Source: Lama glama (Eukaryota). Taken from it: a DNA stretch of 64,000 bases. The translations under genes were made by a program, and so were the position numbers. Shown here piece by piece: positions 11,330 to 25,159 of this stretch (position 1 is its first letter; every line of letters starts with the position of its first letter). Below the pieces are notes generated by a model. It ran no database searches, was not told where the DNA came from, and saw only the letters and a program-made list of their open reading frames with translations. The stretch lies in NCBI GenBank assembly GCA_028534125.1, contig CM052818.1, positions 42,844,001-42,908,000 of the forward strand, read 5' to 3'.

Positions 11330-12130
11330 TGCATGACCTGTAGAGGAACAAATTAAACACAGTGGTTTTCTCATCTGAAACCACAGAAGCCAGAAAGAAG
11401 TATTTCAAATGCTGAAAGAAAAGAACTGTCAACTCTGGATTTTATAGGCAGCAAAAATATCCTTCAGGAATGAAGGGAAAATACAGATGTTCTCAGATGA
11501 AGGAAAACTAGGAGAACTGGTTGCGAGCAGAACAACCTTTAAAGCAAGGCGAAAAGAAGGTATTTAAGCAGGAAAGAAAATGAGGCTTGCTTATAGGAGA
11601 ACAAACAATGAAGCATGTAAAACTAGAGATCAATATTAACAGGCTTCTTTTTGAGCCTCAGTTTTTAAAAATTCTGTCTGATGGTTGAAGCACAAATTAT
11701 AAAATCATCTGATGTGCTCAATGTCTGTAGAGGAAATAATGAACTTAAATGTGAGGTGTGTAGTAAAGGAACCTGTATGGAAGGAACTAAGATGTCTGCA
11801 TCTTACTTGGTGGGATGAAGTGTCAGTATCAGAGACTCTAAGTTACATGGACGTGCACCGCGATACCTGAAGTAACCACTGGGATGCCATTCAAAGGGGT
11901 AGATTCAAAAACACGATCGATGAATCAAAATTAAATTTAAACTATTTAATAGCCCATAAGAAGGCAAGAAAAGGAGGGCAGAGGAATGAACAAAATAGAA
12001 CAACCAAACAGAAAACAATAAGGGCAGACTTATGCCCCAACATATCAATAATTACTTTAAATGTGAATAGTCTGAATACACCAGTTAAAAGGTTGGCAGA
12101 GTGGATGAAAAACAGGACCCAATTCTATGC
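11330..12130 (+). mobile_element. Ancient L1M fragment: ORF1 C-terminus to ORF2 endonuclease start
   Basis: ORF1-like gcaaaaatatccttcaggaatgaaggg...ttctcagatgaaggaaaact. ORF2 start atatcaataattactttaaatgtgaatagtctgaatacacca encodes ISIITLNVNSLNTP. Confidence 0.8.
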
Positions 12131-15100
12131 ACTCACCTGGGCTGGAAGGCCCATCCCTCCTAGGGAAGCTTGACTCTGCTTCCTTTCTCACATCAGCCAC
12201 AGCCCCTGTTCCTCCCCTTGCTTAAGCAGTATGTCCAACAGGATGTCTTCCTGAAAAGAAATTAGTTGTTCCAGAGACCGAGTGCGTTATTTACCCCCAG
12301 AATAAAGAACACCTGTAGGAGATACCTTGTTTACTGAGCAGTAGTTTTAATTCCTGCTACACGTGCCCCACACGGCTCTTTGCTCCGTGGCCCTGACTTT
12401 CCTCTCCCTCTCTCCTTCGGGCATCTGAGTGGTGGTGAGCGTCTGTACTTCCCCGATGCTCTGCCTTTGTGTATTTTCTTCTCTGCTTCTTGGAACACCT
12501 TACCACCAGTCTTTTTCCCAGTTAAGACTTTCCAAAAGTCTGATTTTAGGTGACTTCCTCCAACCAGGCTTCTCTGATGCCTCTGGATTAGGTTGGACGC
12601 TCCTGACATGTGCCTTCAAAGGGCACTGTATTTCCCTGACCGTGGAAAGCATCACGCTTCATAGTAATGATCTGCCCGCTCTCTGAGGGCAGGGGCTGTT
12701 TCGTCTTCACTACTGTAAACTTTGTCAGGTGCCGTCCCTGGTGCATTATAAAAATTAAAAAAAAAAAAAACACATCTGCCACAGAAATGAAAAACGAGCT
12801 TGACTCTCTTCGAGAAGGCTCAGAGGAACCTCACTGTCCTCTTCCAATTTGGAAGCAGGGATTGCCAGATGGCTCCTAACCCAGCTCTGCTATACTAATA
12901 TTGTGTGATCTTAGGTCATTTTTTTTTCAAAAGTAAAACAAAAAAACATTATGGTTTCTTACCATTTCCAAGAAAAGTGAAAACAGAATTCAGCCTATTC
13001 TATTAGACTCTATCATTTTTCTAGGATAGCTTCACTTAAAGCAGGCATTAAGAAACATTCCAGATTCCTAGCAGAGTAATTTGGTGAATCCACATGGCTT
13101 GAATTTTCTATCCCATTTGCCTACAATGGGGTTCATTTATATCCTATTTTATTTTGCCTCATTTGATTCAACTGTTCTTGAAAAGTTCTCCATTCTTCTC
13201 CAAACTTAGATTTTCAAGGCATTGCCCTCAGGTAACAAAGTTGTTATTATATACTTAAGGATAAAAAAAAAATTCAACTCCATATTTTCCTCCCCAAACC
13301 TTTGATGATTTATTTTAAGATGTATTTAGTTAATATTTATAAAATAATATTATTCTACCATGCATTGTTTTTAATGAGTGATTTCAGAATCACCTATGAT
13401 TTTAAGCAATTTTTACAAAATGGAGATAATTTAAAACTCTTTAGAGCACAAAGGTATTTCAGAGAACTGTCTCAGGTGAGCCTCAAGGCCATGTCCTGCA
13501 ACAGAATATTCCCTTTTATCCTTACGTTACGGAGGAGAGTGTGGGAGTATGGAACATTAATACAAAGCAAACATTTGTGATTTCCTCGTCTGACTTTGTA
13601 GAAAATACATGGAATTTCACAGTTTGATATTATATTGTATATCTACACAAATATTGCATTAAAAAGAGAGACTAAAATAAGTTAATATAGTGGCATTAAG
13701 CACACTTTAGAAAGAGAAATAAAACTTTGGGGGCATGGTAGCAGAGAACTTCCAGTCTGAATGTACTAGAGGCTTTCAGTTCCTTTGCCATCGAGTTAAT
13801 CATTTGACTAAAGTGGTAAAAACGTGAGCTGACCTTCACATTTAAAGCTGATGTTGTTAACCTCTCATAAACAGAACATTCAGTTAAGGAAATCCATTTT
13901 TTAAAAAACTCCACAATTGAAAAAAAAATGGTTTTTCAGCATCTCAAATGATAAAGTTCCATTGAATTTTAAAGCAAAAAGGGATCTTTCAGATCTGCTC
14001 ATATGAGATTTCCAGAATTACAGCATTCTGATGGTGTCTGGAGATGTTCCAGCCTAAGAGTTTCCAAGCATGATTTTATATTTTGGTTCTGATGCATGAG
14101 GAAATTTTCATCAATCCTCAATACGTAAGAAAAATAATTTTTTTTCATAAGTTCAGTTATGTTTAAAAATTATTTTTTCTACTGTTTTTATTGTTCCACG
14201 TTTTTAGAATTTAAATGATGCTTCATTTGGGGAAATAAACATTGGCAACCCTATCTCAGCTTCCCCTCCCCTCCTTCTCTTTGGTAGAGCGGGGTGGAAT
14301 TTTATTAGTCTGTGATATTGAGCAGTTTGACACTGGGGGACGTTAGTCATGGCTGATACCTGCTGAAGTGTCGATGGGTAAGCAGGGGCCTCAGGAGTCA
14401 GATGTCCGCTCTAGGCCGTGGTTTAGAACCTAGGTCTGCTGATTCCCAGGCCAGGTCTGTTACAGCTCCCTGTGCTGCCTCAGACAGCCTGGGTGAGCTC
14501 CTTCCCCTCCTCTGTGCCAGATCCAACAGTGGGAAGCTGAATTGCCCATTAAAATTCTACTCACTAATTCATAAGGCATTAAAAATTAAAAAAAATTCTT
14601 TTGTCAAGTACCTTTCCTTTTATTAATTATCTGACCGCAGCAGACTCGATTGACTAATAACCCTTGTTACATTATCTCCAGCTTATTGATAAGGTCCATC
14701 TGGGTCCTATAATGTATACGAAGAAAAGTGTATTTAAAAATTATTAGAGCGTGTAAAATGAAGGTAAATGAAACCAGCCCGGTCTCAACAGGAGAATTGT
14801 GGGAAATCCACAAGGCGGGCGGGGAAGTGACTTTCAATAGTGATTTTAAGTAGATTCACTCTCCAGCACTGAGCCTATGGAAGATAGCATCTTAAATACG
14901 AATTTCATTCTCTGATGGCAGAAAAACCGTTAAACAGCTGGAGTCCAGGGAGTAAAACAGCCCCGCGTATAGGATGAAATTCCAAAACGCACTGTAGAAA
15001 CAAGTGCCTGATATGTTTATTGATGTAATTTATCTTGATAGGGAGGTAAGTAAATATTTAAAGAAAAACAAAGTCAATAATTTTCTTTTTGTTTGTCCAG

Positions 15101-16548
15101 ACGAGCGAAAAGGTCAGTAGCTGAAGTCCTGATAGGATGTGCTGCCAGGAGACAGGGCCACCGCAGTGATATTTTTCAGCTTTGTAATTCCTGCCAATTT
15201 GCAAAGAACATGCACATTTACATGATATAAAGCAATGTGTTATCAATACAGCAAAATGCAGGATACAGCAGCTGGAGCTGGCAAAATTAACTGGACCTAA
15301 GGGGGAATTAACTCTTTTAGCCTACACTAAATGTTCCCAGGATCTCTAGAAAGTAGAGAGTTTGGAGGCTGATGACAAGACCAGATGTTTCCTGTGATGC
15401 CTACCATTTCTGCAGATGGTACGTACAAGGTGCAACAAAAATTGAACAGCAGGGAATTAGAAATAATCCCTTACGCTTATATGATGCACTAATATTTTAC
15501 AAAATATTTTCAGTCAGAATCTTCAGCCATCCTTGTGATAAAGCGCACAGACTGCAGGTGGGAGGAGCGAGGTTCAGTAATGTCCAGGAGCTTCCTCAGG
15601 TGGAATGGAAACTAGGGTCACGTGACTCCAGACCCCACCCTTCTGCTATATGCCACTTCAAATCAGACAGATTTGTTCTTTTTAAAATTATTATTCAATG
15701 TCTCACGAATGCTTGCATTTCAAGGTTTGAACTACCAGCACCTTCATTTTCTCTGGAAAAATGGCTGTTACTTTCTCCCCAGTCTTGTCAGGTCCATGTA
15801 CTCACAGTCTTGGAGTAGGGACCTTGCAGATGAGGGTTTGAAGTTAAGTGATTGTCCAAACTCCAGGCCAGATCCAACCGCATGATTTGGCAATCATGGC
15901 TCCAGGCTTTCAGCTGAGTGTTCTTTCCAACACAACCCACTCTTTCTCAAAGCTTCTTCTTTTTTTTTTTTTTTTAACCTATGAGGATAGTCATAAAAGC
16001 CTTGTCTAACTCCAAGGTCTGACAGATCACAAGGTGTAAACAGATAAGAGCATAGAAAGGTTTAAAGAACTAAACTAACAGAAAGCAGTATTGAGGTCCC
16101 TGCCTGGTCTCTGTATCCATCAGAGCACTCCCCGCTGTGGCTGGCTCCGGTCCAGCCGTGCTGGGCCTCCCCAAGTCCTGCTGCTTTGCCCTTACTCCTC
16201 CCGGTCAGTCCATCTCTAGCAACGTGAGGAAATGTCTTGAGTTCCGTTTTTCCAGTAGGTTTCCTGTTAATTTCCGTGTCTGTAAACTTCTGGGGAGATC
16301 TCTTTTCGTCTTGTGATCTCTTCTAGCTCAATAATGTTGCGACCGTAGATGCTTGTATTTGCATTTCCTTCATATTTTAAAATAAATGTAAATGAAGTTC
16401 AGCATTTTTTTCCCCCAGAACTCATAAGATTTCTGCCCCCGTGTTCTGCCTTGTCACCATTCTGGTTCCAGAGCAAATCATGACATGAATAAGGATTTTG
16501 AGAGGGACAAAGAGTTCAACTACAGAGTCTTGATTTAAGATCTATTAA

Positions 16549-17197
16549 TTTACAAGATACTGAATATATTTCCCTGTGCCATACCGTAGGTCCTTGTTTA
16601 TCTATTTTATATATAGTAGTTAGTATCTGTTAATCCCCAATTCCTAATTTATCCTCTTTTCTCTTTGGTAACCATAAGTTTGTTTTCTATGTCTGTGAGT
16701 CTGTTTTTGCTTTGTAAATAAGTTCGTTTGTCTCATTTTTTTTGGATTCCACATATAAGTGATGTCACATGATATTTGTCATTCTCTGAATTACTTCACT
16801 TAGTATGCTAATCACTAGATCTATCCACATTGCTGCAAACATCGTTTCATGGTATTATTTCATTCTTTTTATGGCTGAGTAATATTGTGTGTGTGTGTAT
16901 CACATCTTAATTACTCATTCATCTGTTGATGGACATTTAGGTTGCTTCCATGTCTTGGCTATTGTAAATAGTGCTGCTGTGAACACTGAGCTATATGTAT
17001 CTTCTTGAATTAGGGTTTTCATCTTTTCCAGGAGTGGGGTTGCTGGGTCATATGGTAATTCTATTTTTAGTTTTATTCAATACCTTGCAATAACCTATAA
17101 TGAGAAAGAATTTGAAAAAGAATATATATATATCTGAATCATTTTGCTGTACATCTGAAATGTTGTAAATTAATTATTCTTCAATAAATTTAAAAAA
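16549..17197 (+). mobile_element. LINE-1 3' insertion with 5' inversion
   Basis: 16549-17073 is antisense L1 3' region. 17074-17197 is the sense terminal segment ending in caataaa plus an A-rich tail. Confidence 0.85.
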
Positions 17198-17244
17198 TAT
17201 ATTCAGTTAAAAATGCTTTGACTTCAGAGAGTTCATCTGAAAGT

Positions 17245-17410
17245 TACCGCAGTGGAGCAGAGAGAGCAGGAGACTTGGAATGTGGGACTTGGTGCTCCCA
17301 TCCTGGCTTCCCCAGTAAGTTGCTTTATAACCGTGGGCAAGTCACTTCTCTGTGGGCCTGAGGGATGAGATGGGGCTCAGGATGAGCCCTGACTTCAGTC
17401 TTCTAGGGCC
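17245..17410 (+). mobile_element. MIR SINE
   Basis: cagtggagcag...ccatcctggctt...gtgggcaagtcacttctctgtgggcct. Confidence 0.55.
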
Positions 17411-19956
17411 TTACATTATCCTGAAGGCTTCTGTGACAGGAGTGCTTTGCTAGAAATTCTTGACAGGTGTCTATGCTTCCATATCCCTGGGAAACAGTCT
17501 ATATGCACATACCTCCATACAAAGGGAAAAGAGTACAAATCAGGTTCTTGAAATATTTCAACAAGTCTTGGGTAGAGGTGCCTCGTCCTGGCCCTGGAGG
17601 TTTGGAAAGGCCATCACCTATGTTCTCGTTTATTTCTGGCTATTGACTAGTTGTGGGGTGGCAGGCATCTAACTTGTACGTTAATGAGGAGTTAATTACA
17701 TTAACTCCTTTCACAGGGCTAGTGATGATTAGCTTTCAAAGAAAAGGCTATTTTAGCTCAAGCAGTTCCCACAACTTTACAGGCTGAAAAGGATGCACTA
17801 GAAGAGATCCTTTGAGCAGAGCTCTCAGTGTCTCCAAATGTCCCCATCGTTCGAACTGGGACAGAATATATCCTTTCGAGCAGGTCGCCCATACAGATTA
17901 GACTGCTTCCAAGAGGGGGTTCCATCCATGCCACGGCACTGGAGCGGACACCTGGGGAGTTGGAGCCAGGCTTCCTTGTGTTATTAGCTCTGATTTTGGA
18001 CAAGAGCCACGTCTGAGTTGAGAGTTCTCACTGGGTTGTTGTGACACTCGAATGAGATAAAAGGTGTGAACGTGCTTAGAAACCACAAACACGTGTGCAG
18101 GTACTCACTGCTGCTTGTCCTGACCAGGGAGAGTCGTCTCTCATTGTCCCCTGGGGGACATTTAAGCAAAGACACTTTCCAAACCACCCCAAGAGAGAAC
18201 CGGCGTACAGGTAATCCTGCGATGGAGGTAAGGAGCACGGGGTGGGGTTAGGGCTCACACATTCTAACTGCAGGGGAGGTTTCCAAGAAGAAGTGACACG
18301 CTGACTCCTGGGGAGACCCGGAGGAGATGAGGCCTCTTTTCTGGCACAGTTTGGGGGCAGGCAGGCCTGGATTTACCCCCTTCTCTGTGATTCTAGGTGA
18401 AGGATCCTTACCCCAAAGTACTTTAGAAACGTTCCTTCCATCTTCTATTTCCCGCCTCCTCTGTGGGAGGACAGAACTCTCATGTCCACAGCCCAGATGT
18501 ACCGAGGATTTAGACGGGCTGATGGCACAATGCCAGGCTGGACAACTAAACTCTCCCTTGTACTCTGGGTCCACGTCAGTAACTTCAAGTCAGTCTCGTC
18601 TTTCCCTAGGCCAAGGCAAAAGTGCACTTCTCCAAAGAGCAGGCATCTTGAAACCAGGCTGCTGAGGGCATTCCTGTCCCATTGGTCACCATGTACCATG
18701 AGGATGACAAGGAATCAGCCTGGGCACCACTGTTCTGCCTCTGACACAGTCTGGTGGCCCCTCTCTGTCCTCTTCTCCTTGTACTCCAGTTCTGCCACCT
18801 TCTGGGACCAGTGACATCCTCGTTGATGAATTTCTTTCATTGATTCCTTCTCTCTTCTTCCTTTTCTCACTGCTTCACATTAGTAATAATGATTATTAGT
18901 GTAGTAATTCGTTACTGTGGTGCGTAAGACGAGGCTCCCGTGTGAAAGGAACTCTACGATCAGCGCCAGTACAGAGAGGCGATGCCACGCACACCGTGGG
19001 AGGTGGGAAAGGAGGCTTCCAAAGTCATCCTGGGCGGTCGAGGCAGGAAAGGCTTCAGGGCATGACGGAAGTTTGCCAGGCAGAGTGGATAGGAGATGTG
19101 TTGGGAAGGATTTCCTGGTAGAGAAAACATCGCATGCAAGGGTCTGAGATGCGGTGGTAAAGGTGGGTGATGGGTTTGTTTATTTAACCACTTCACCTTT
19201 GCAGATTCTGTGCCTTTACTGGGGACAGGGGCAGATTAGAGCTGCAGCTGGAGCCTGAGGCTAGCCGGGTTGTTCCAAAAGGAGAAAGAAAGCAGGAGCA
19301 AATGCCCGATAAGATTTTCTTGGAGACACTAAATGTCTCATTATCAAGCCAGGATGCTGAGCTCCAAGCCTCTTGCTCTCCCCTAGCTGGGCCCGTGCCA
19401 CCATGACTAAGTCCTGAGTGACAGATGCAAGACAGACCTGGGATGCAAACCACATCCCAACTCGGCAAAAGAGCCCTCTCAGGATTTCCTCGAAGATCCT
19501 GAATGCAGAGAAATGACACCGGTTCTGGGCTTTCTCATGCAGTTTTGAAACCTTCCTAGTGACTCACTCCATTTGTAATGACTGACTTAACTGCATGGGA
19601 ATTGCCTTTCGTGGTGATGGGGGTTGTTTTAGGGAGATCTTGGAAGGCTTCGTACTTCCTGTCCCCCAGTTTTCCCACTCTGGCATGCAAAGCCTTACCT
19701 TTCAAATGGCGAGCCGAGGTTTAGGAAACCAAGCCCCAGAAAGAGTTAATTCAGCGACTGCTTCTCGGGGCTGTCTCTGTGTGTCAAGGTCCTCCTCTCT
19801 GCAGCTGACCACCAGGGCTCTCTAGAGCCTCATAAAATGAGAATATGAAAATTCATGATCACTAAAGATCTTCTGAGATTTCACATTCTGTTTAAATTAG
19901 AGGTAAAACTGATAAAGTTCATCTTCCCAGGGCAACTTTATTTAAATTAAAAAAAA

Positions 19957-20155
19957 TTTTTAATGGAAGTACAGTTGATGCACAAGTTGTGCTATTAGTC
20001 TGATACACAGCATGGTGATTCACTTTCACACACACATACTCTTTTCCATTATAGGTCACTACAAGATATTGAATATAGTTCCCTGTGCTCTATGGTAGGA
20101 CCTTGTTGTTTATCTGTTTTATATGTAGTAGTTTGTATCTGCAAATCCCCAACTT
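19957..20155 (-). mobile_element. LINE-1 3' end fragment
   Basis: tttttaatggaagtacagttgat...acaagatattgaatatagttccctgtgct...gtagtttgtatctgc. Confidence 0.85.
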
Positions 20156-21985
20156 TTGGTAGAGAAGAGAGGAGTATTTATCTGAAGGGGAGCAGGAGGA
20201 TGTGCCCAGGGGGTGAGAACAGAGGAAAACCGGAGAACTCCCACAAATGGTTGACCGTGCCGGGACAGACTCCTTCTGTTCGGATGCTCATGCTGAGCTC
20301 CATCCATCTCAGAAGCCCAGTGTCAGGTGCAGATGCCCGGGATGTCATTAAACGCCCCTATGTGCCCACATCCTCTGGGGGCAGCCATTCCCCTGCCGGG
20401 ATGTGCTTCCAGAATTCATCTCTGCAACAGGTTAGTTTTCCAGTGTGTGTCCCGCCCACGTGGGCAGGTTCTGTGCCAGCTTTTGGCTTTCTCTCTTTCC
20501 CTCTCTGACAATCCATCTGCTTGGTCCTGCTGGGAGGGGGTCAACATGCCATCTGCCCAGGGCTCCAGTCTGGGAAAGAGAGGAGGCAGAGTTTGAAAGG
20601 AAAGCCCTTCGTTTACATCTGGCAGAAGCAGTTTCAAGATGGAAGCAAGGTGGGTTTTTATTGTCTACAAGGAGCCAACCCAAACCTCAGTATGAGGTCC
20701 TATGAAGGGAAGAGGAACTCAATGAAAATCACAACCTTGGAACTTACTGGGAACAGATAGTTTTAGGAACAGTTATCCTGTGGATTAATTATGAAATTAT
20801 CATTAGTGTGTAACCAGTGAAATTAATCACCTTTAAACACTTTGATGCTACTTCTCTGTCATGAAATAGAGAATAAAATCCAAGATGAATATGTATTCCA
20901 GGAAAACTTCCTGCTTTCAAAGAACAGCCTTGCCTCTGTTGATAACTTCTTTGGTGGATATTATCGCCACTCCCAGCAGCTTTCGTTGACAGGCTTGTAC
21001 ATTATGCAGGAGCAATTTGGGTTGTAGAACCAGTTTGCAAATAAGTATATTTCAGAGATCTGTTAAACAAGGAGGCAAAATAGTGATCAAAGGGTTCAGT
21101 TGATTAGAAGGGGAATAAAAAAAATTAGGAGCTAGAAGAGCGCGAAATGAAGGGAAGGATTATGACGGGGGTGTGTGTGTGGGGGTGTGATCAAACCTGA
21201 AACCAGACAGCTCTGAACCCTCAGGGAAGACTGACACATTCCCTTTCGGGGCTGTCGGCAGCCTGGGGACCGATGAAGGCTGATGGCAGATGTGTTGTGC
21301 TTTTCCTGCTCGCAAAGTTCTTTCACTCCTGTCACCTCCTTTGATCGTCTTAGCAGTCTGCAAGAAAAGCGGACCCATTCCACAGATGACATTGACGAGA
21401 GAAGTGATAGTCAGTTCTTGCCGGCGAGCTATGGGACACTTTACATCTTTTATCCAGAGTCCACCTTCCCCATAAGGGAAGCCATTGTTCTGTTGTAACC
21501 TGAGAAGGACCTCACACACCTTTATGTAGACTTGAATGGTCCCCATTCCTGATACCAGACTTCCTCAGAAATCTCTCTCCAGAAATTCTATTCTTGATTT
21601 CCTATGCTTTCTTTGAAAACACAAAGATTATTCAAGATTATTTTCCAAAGGGGAAGGATGGGATGGTGGAAAGATGGAAACCATGATGGGCACAGAGTAT
21701 GTGGAATATCATTCCACTGAATACATACTTCAGCTTGGCACTGAAGGCCTTTCACTTTTCCAGCTCTATAATTCCTGCTTCAGGTATGGCCTGATCAAGA
21801 CACAGGCCATCATTGGCTGCTTTCCAAATACACCTTACACTTTCTCATCACTTCTCAATAGGAATCTCTCTCTCCCAACAAGAATTAACTTCTCTCTTTT
21901 CTGTCTCCTTTCTTCTCCCCTACCTTCTTTATTTTGGAGCTTTATCCAATACTAATGGCAATGACAGCCAGCATTAAGTGCAGTG

Positions 21986-22330
21986 TGTATTAGATTTCTC
22001 CTGCTGCTATAGTACATTTCCGTAAACCTAATGGCTTAAAACAATGCAAATTCATTATCTAACTGTCCTGTGGGTCAGAAGTCTGAAATGGACTAAAATT
22101 AAGGTTGGAGTAGGGCTGTGTTCCTCCTGGAGGCTCGAGGGAAGTCTGGTTCCTTGCCTCTTTCAGCTTCTAGAGGCCGCCCACGCCCACTTTCCTTGAC
22201 TGGTGGTCATCCTCCTCCATATTGAAAGCCCGCCACGTTGAGGCAAGTTTCTTCTCATGCTGCCATTTCTCTGTTCTCTCTCTTTGGACGTGCTCTTCCA
22301 CTTGTAAGGACCCTGCAGCTTCCACACTGG
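21986..22330 (-). mobile_element. MLT1 (MLT1D/E-like) LTR
   Basis: tgtattag...ggcttaaaacaa...ggtcagaagtctgaaatgg...ctggaggctc...tttcagcttctagaggccgcc. Confidence 0.8.
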
Positions 22331-24004
22331 AAGGAGAGCTTTCCCCTTCTTGTTTACCATTGTAACCTCAGGGACTGAGGATACTGAATGAAAGCTCAGT
22401 ACCGATGCCACCTCCTCATGCCACTTTTCCTAGTGTCCCCTCCTGGAGTTCACCTCTGTACTCTATGCTAAGTCGTTAACTCCTGGGAGGGCGGTCTCAG
22501 CGCCGCATTTCCCCCAGCACCCTGCGCAGCGCATGTCCACAGCTGTGCTACGCTGCCTCCCGGCACAGAGCACAGAGGCCTTCCAGTCTCTAGCATCACT
22601 TGAATTACTTTTCCTACTTCTGTGCAGGATACAGATCCAGACACATCCTTTAGAAGGCTCTTCGCAGCTCTCTCCTCCTCCAAGTCTGATCAGTGTTTAT
22701 AAATGAGTATTCATAAGCTTTTCTAAATCTTTCCCAAGTCCCCTCATCCCCCTGATCCATCATCGGAAATGACTCCTGAACTCAGAGCTGAGCAATTCCA
22801 AACACAAAGGGCCGATACCCCACTGAAATGCCTGGGCGAGTCCTCCTCAAAACTCACAGGCTTGTATGTCCTGTTTGCAGCATCCCCACTTGGGTGTCCT
22901 GGACTGAATGCTCACTTTCGTCTTGAAAACTCTGAAGACAGACCCCCAAGGAAAAGCAACTATAAAAAGTAGACCTCCACCCAACCCCCACCTTCCTTTC
23001 TGCCATTTCAAAATGAATTTCTGATATCTTAGAGAACACATTTATGGACCTTGGAGTCTGGAAGACTTGGGTTCAGATTACAGGAGAGCCAATTCCTGAA
23101 TGTATTTATGATCTAGAGCGAGTGACTTGACCTTTTTGAGCTGGGCCACCAGGCACAGCTCTGCTGGCTGTTCACTGCCCAACCTCAGGGGATGCCGTTC
23201 ACATAGACCACAAAGAAAACAGTGCCCCCTGGAGTTGTGTGTGGCAGCAACCCCATCAGAGCTTCTCTCTACTATAAAATGGATTTGGTCAACTGCCACA
23301 CATGCTGGTCGCAGAGGTAGATTAACCATATTGTATTTAAAATGCCTGGGGTATGTTTAGGTCACAAAAATATCAGTTTTTTTTTTTTCTGGTGAGAACT
23401 TAGTTCTTGGGATGGTCTCATGTCCACTGGGCCGAGCACGTTTCACACCACCACTCTCAGGAGTGTACTTTGCGCCCTTCCAGTGCACACGAACGTGTAA
23501 TTTGCCTCCTGATGGATCGGGGTTGATCACTGTTTACGGCCGAGTGTTGCGCTTCCCTCTGCCGTCTCATTAGGCACAGAGAATGAAGCAGGTGCTGCTC
23601 GCTGGAGTGGCGGCGCCACACACAGCCGCTCTGCCCCGCCACTCTGGCTCGGGCAGGAGGGAAGGGACGTTCCAGGGCAAATACCACTGCCGGGGTGATC
23701 TTTCCACATCTTGACTCTGAGTACGTTGCCAACCCATTGAGCTCATGTACCATAGCAAAGACAGAGCCTCGCTCCTTTTTTGATGTGCCTCCACTGCTGG
23801 CTTCCAGGCTCCGCGCCTCCCCCTTCCCCCTGGCCCTTTTCTGGAGGCACTGATAAGAAAGCCTGGTGCGCCCCCCGTCTGCAGTCCCTGGGCCGTGTGC
23901 ATGGGGACCTTCACTCCGGCCCCAGCCCCTAACCACTTGCCCCCTTCTTCACTCCAGCTCTGCCAGCAGCTTGCGTGCCTTTTAATGCTCTAATTTGGAG
24001 GGAG

Positions 24005-24330
24005 CTTAGATAGAAGAAAAGGACCCTGGACACGAGGTTGAAAGATTCGAATTTGAGTCTTCCTGTAGCCAGTTAACAGCATATGGTAAATAGTGAAATG
24101 GCTTCCATGGTGCCATTTTTTTGTTTTGTTTTGAAATGAGCATTGTGGTGAGTCAGTGGATAAAGACTTTAAAGTTCCGAACGCCATGTTCACATACAAT
24201 AGTTGCTGGGTTATGCTGATTCAATGGGATAATGACTTCAGAGTGAGTAGAATATGGAATAATGACTTTAAGGTGCTTCACACAGTGCTTGGCACATAGT
24301 AGTATCCAGCAGAAGTGAGCCTGCTTTCCT
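24005..24330 (+). mobile_element. MIR fragments
   Basis: ttcgaatttgagtc... and cacagtgcttggcacatagtagt, the MIR 3' core. Confidence 0.55.
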
Positions 24331-25159
24331 TTGTCAATCCCTCTACCTTTGATGCTCCCGTACCACCACTAAGGAATTCAGTGATAGACCTTTACTTGCT
24401 TAGCTATTCTGTGTCCTGTCCAAACTTTGCACTGCTTTCATCCGGTTGGTTCTAGAATTAGAAAGAAGTTGAGGAAGGGACGGATGAGAGTCGGCAGCTC
24501 TGGGCAGCTGGCACGAGGCTGATGCTGGGCAGCGAGTGGCGAGGAGGAGCAGGCACATCGCCCTGCTCTCTGGCCTCAGCATCACGGGCGGTGAGACAGG
24601 GCACTGACATCGACCTGCTGTTCTGTTCGTCCCTGAGACAGCAGGTATGAAGTGCCCCTCCTGGTGCTGGAAACACGGGAAGCCCTTAACAAACGGTGAT
24701 TTCTTCTTTTCTGGAAATGAGGTCAGGCAGGAAAACTGCTGTGTTAACCTCAAAGGTCTCATAATTGTTGGTTGGTTCTTTCTTGGGTGCTTAGAGTTTC
24801 ACTCCTTAATTAGCGGCCACTCCCTTGACTATTTTGGAACAGCATTAAATCACAAAGGCTGCCTTTGATCACCCTGACGGGGTCACACCTGGGTTTTTAA
24901 ATACAGTTATCATCTCCAGCTAATCATAGTGTAAATGCTGACTGCTTACTGCCTAGAGAGGGGTGAGAATGAACCGGGATCCTGACCCACCACTTCAGTT
25001 TCTCCATTCTTGGGTTAACGAGATAAGGAGTGTGAGAAAAAGCTCTGACTTTCCCCTGTGGGGAGGCTTCCTGGAAAACAAGTCATGCTGGTCTAGGAAG
25101 CTCTGCTGTCCTACGTAATCCGTAGGCGGCGTTGGGGGGGAGGGTAGGCAGAGAACAGA

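Noticed and set aside
14056..14252. hAT-type MITE suggested by tggcaacccta end
   Set aside because: Only one convincing terminal repeat and the interior is not recognised.
23457..23936. 159 aa minus-strand ORF
   Set aside because: Explained by stop-codon scarcity in a GC-rich patch; no recognisable protein.
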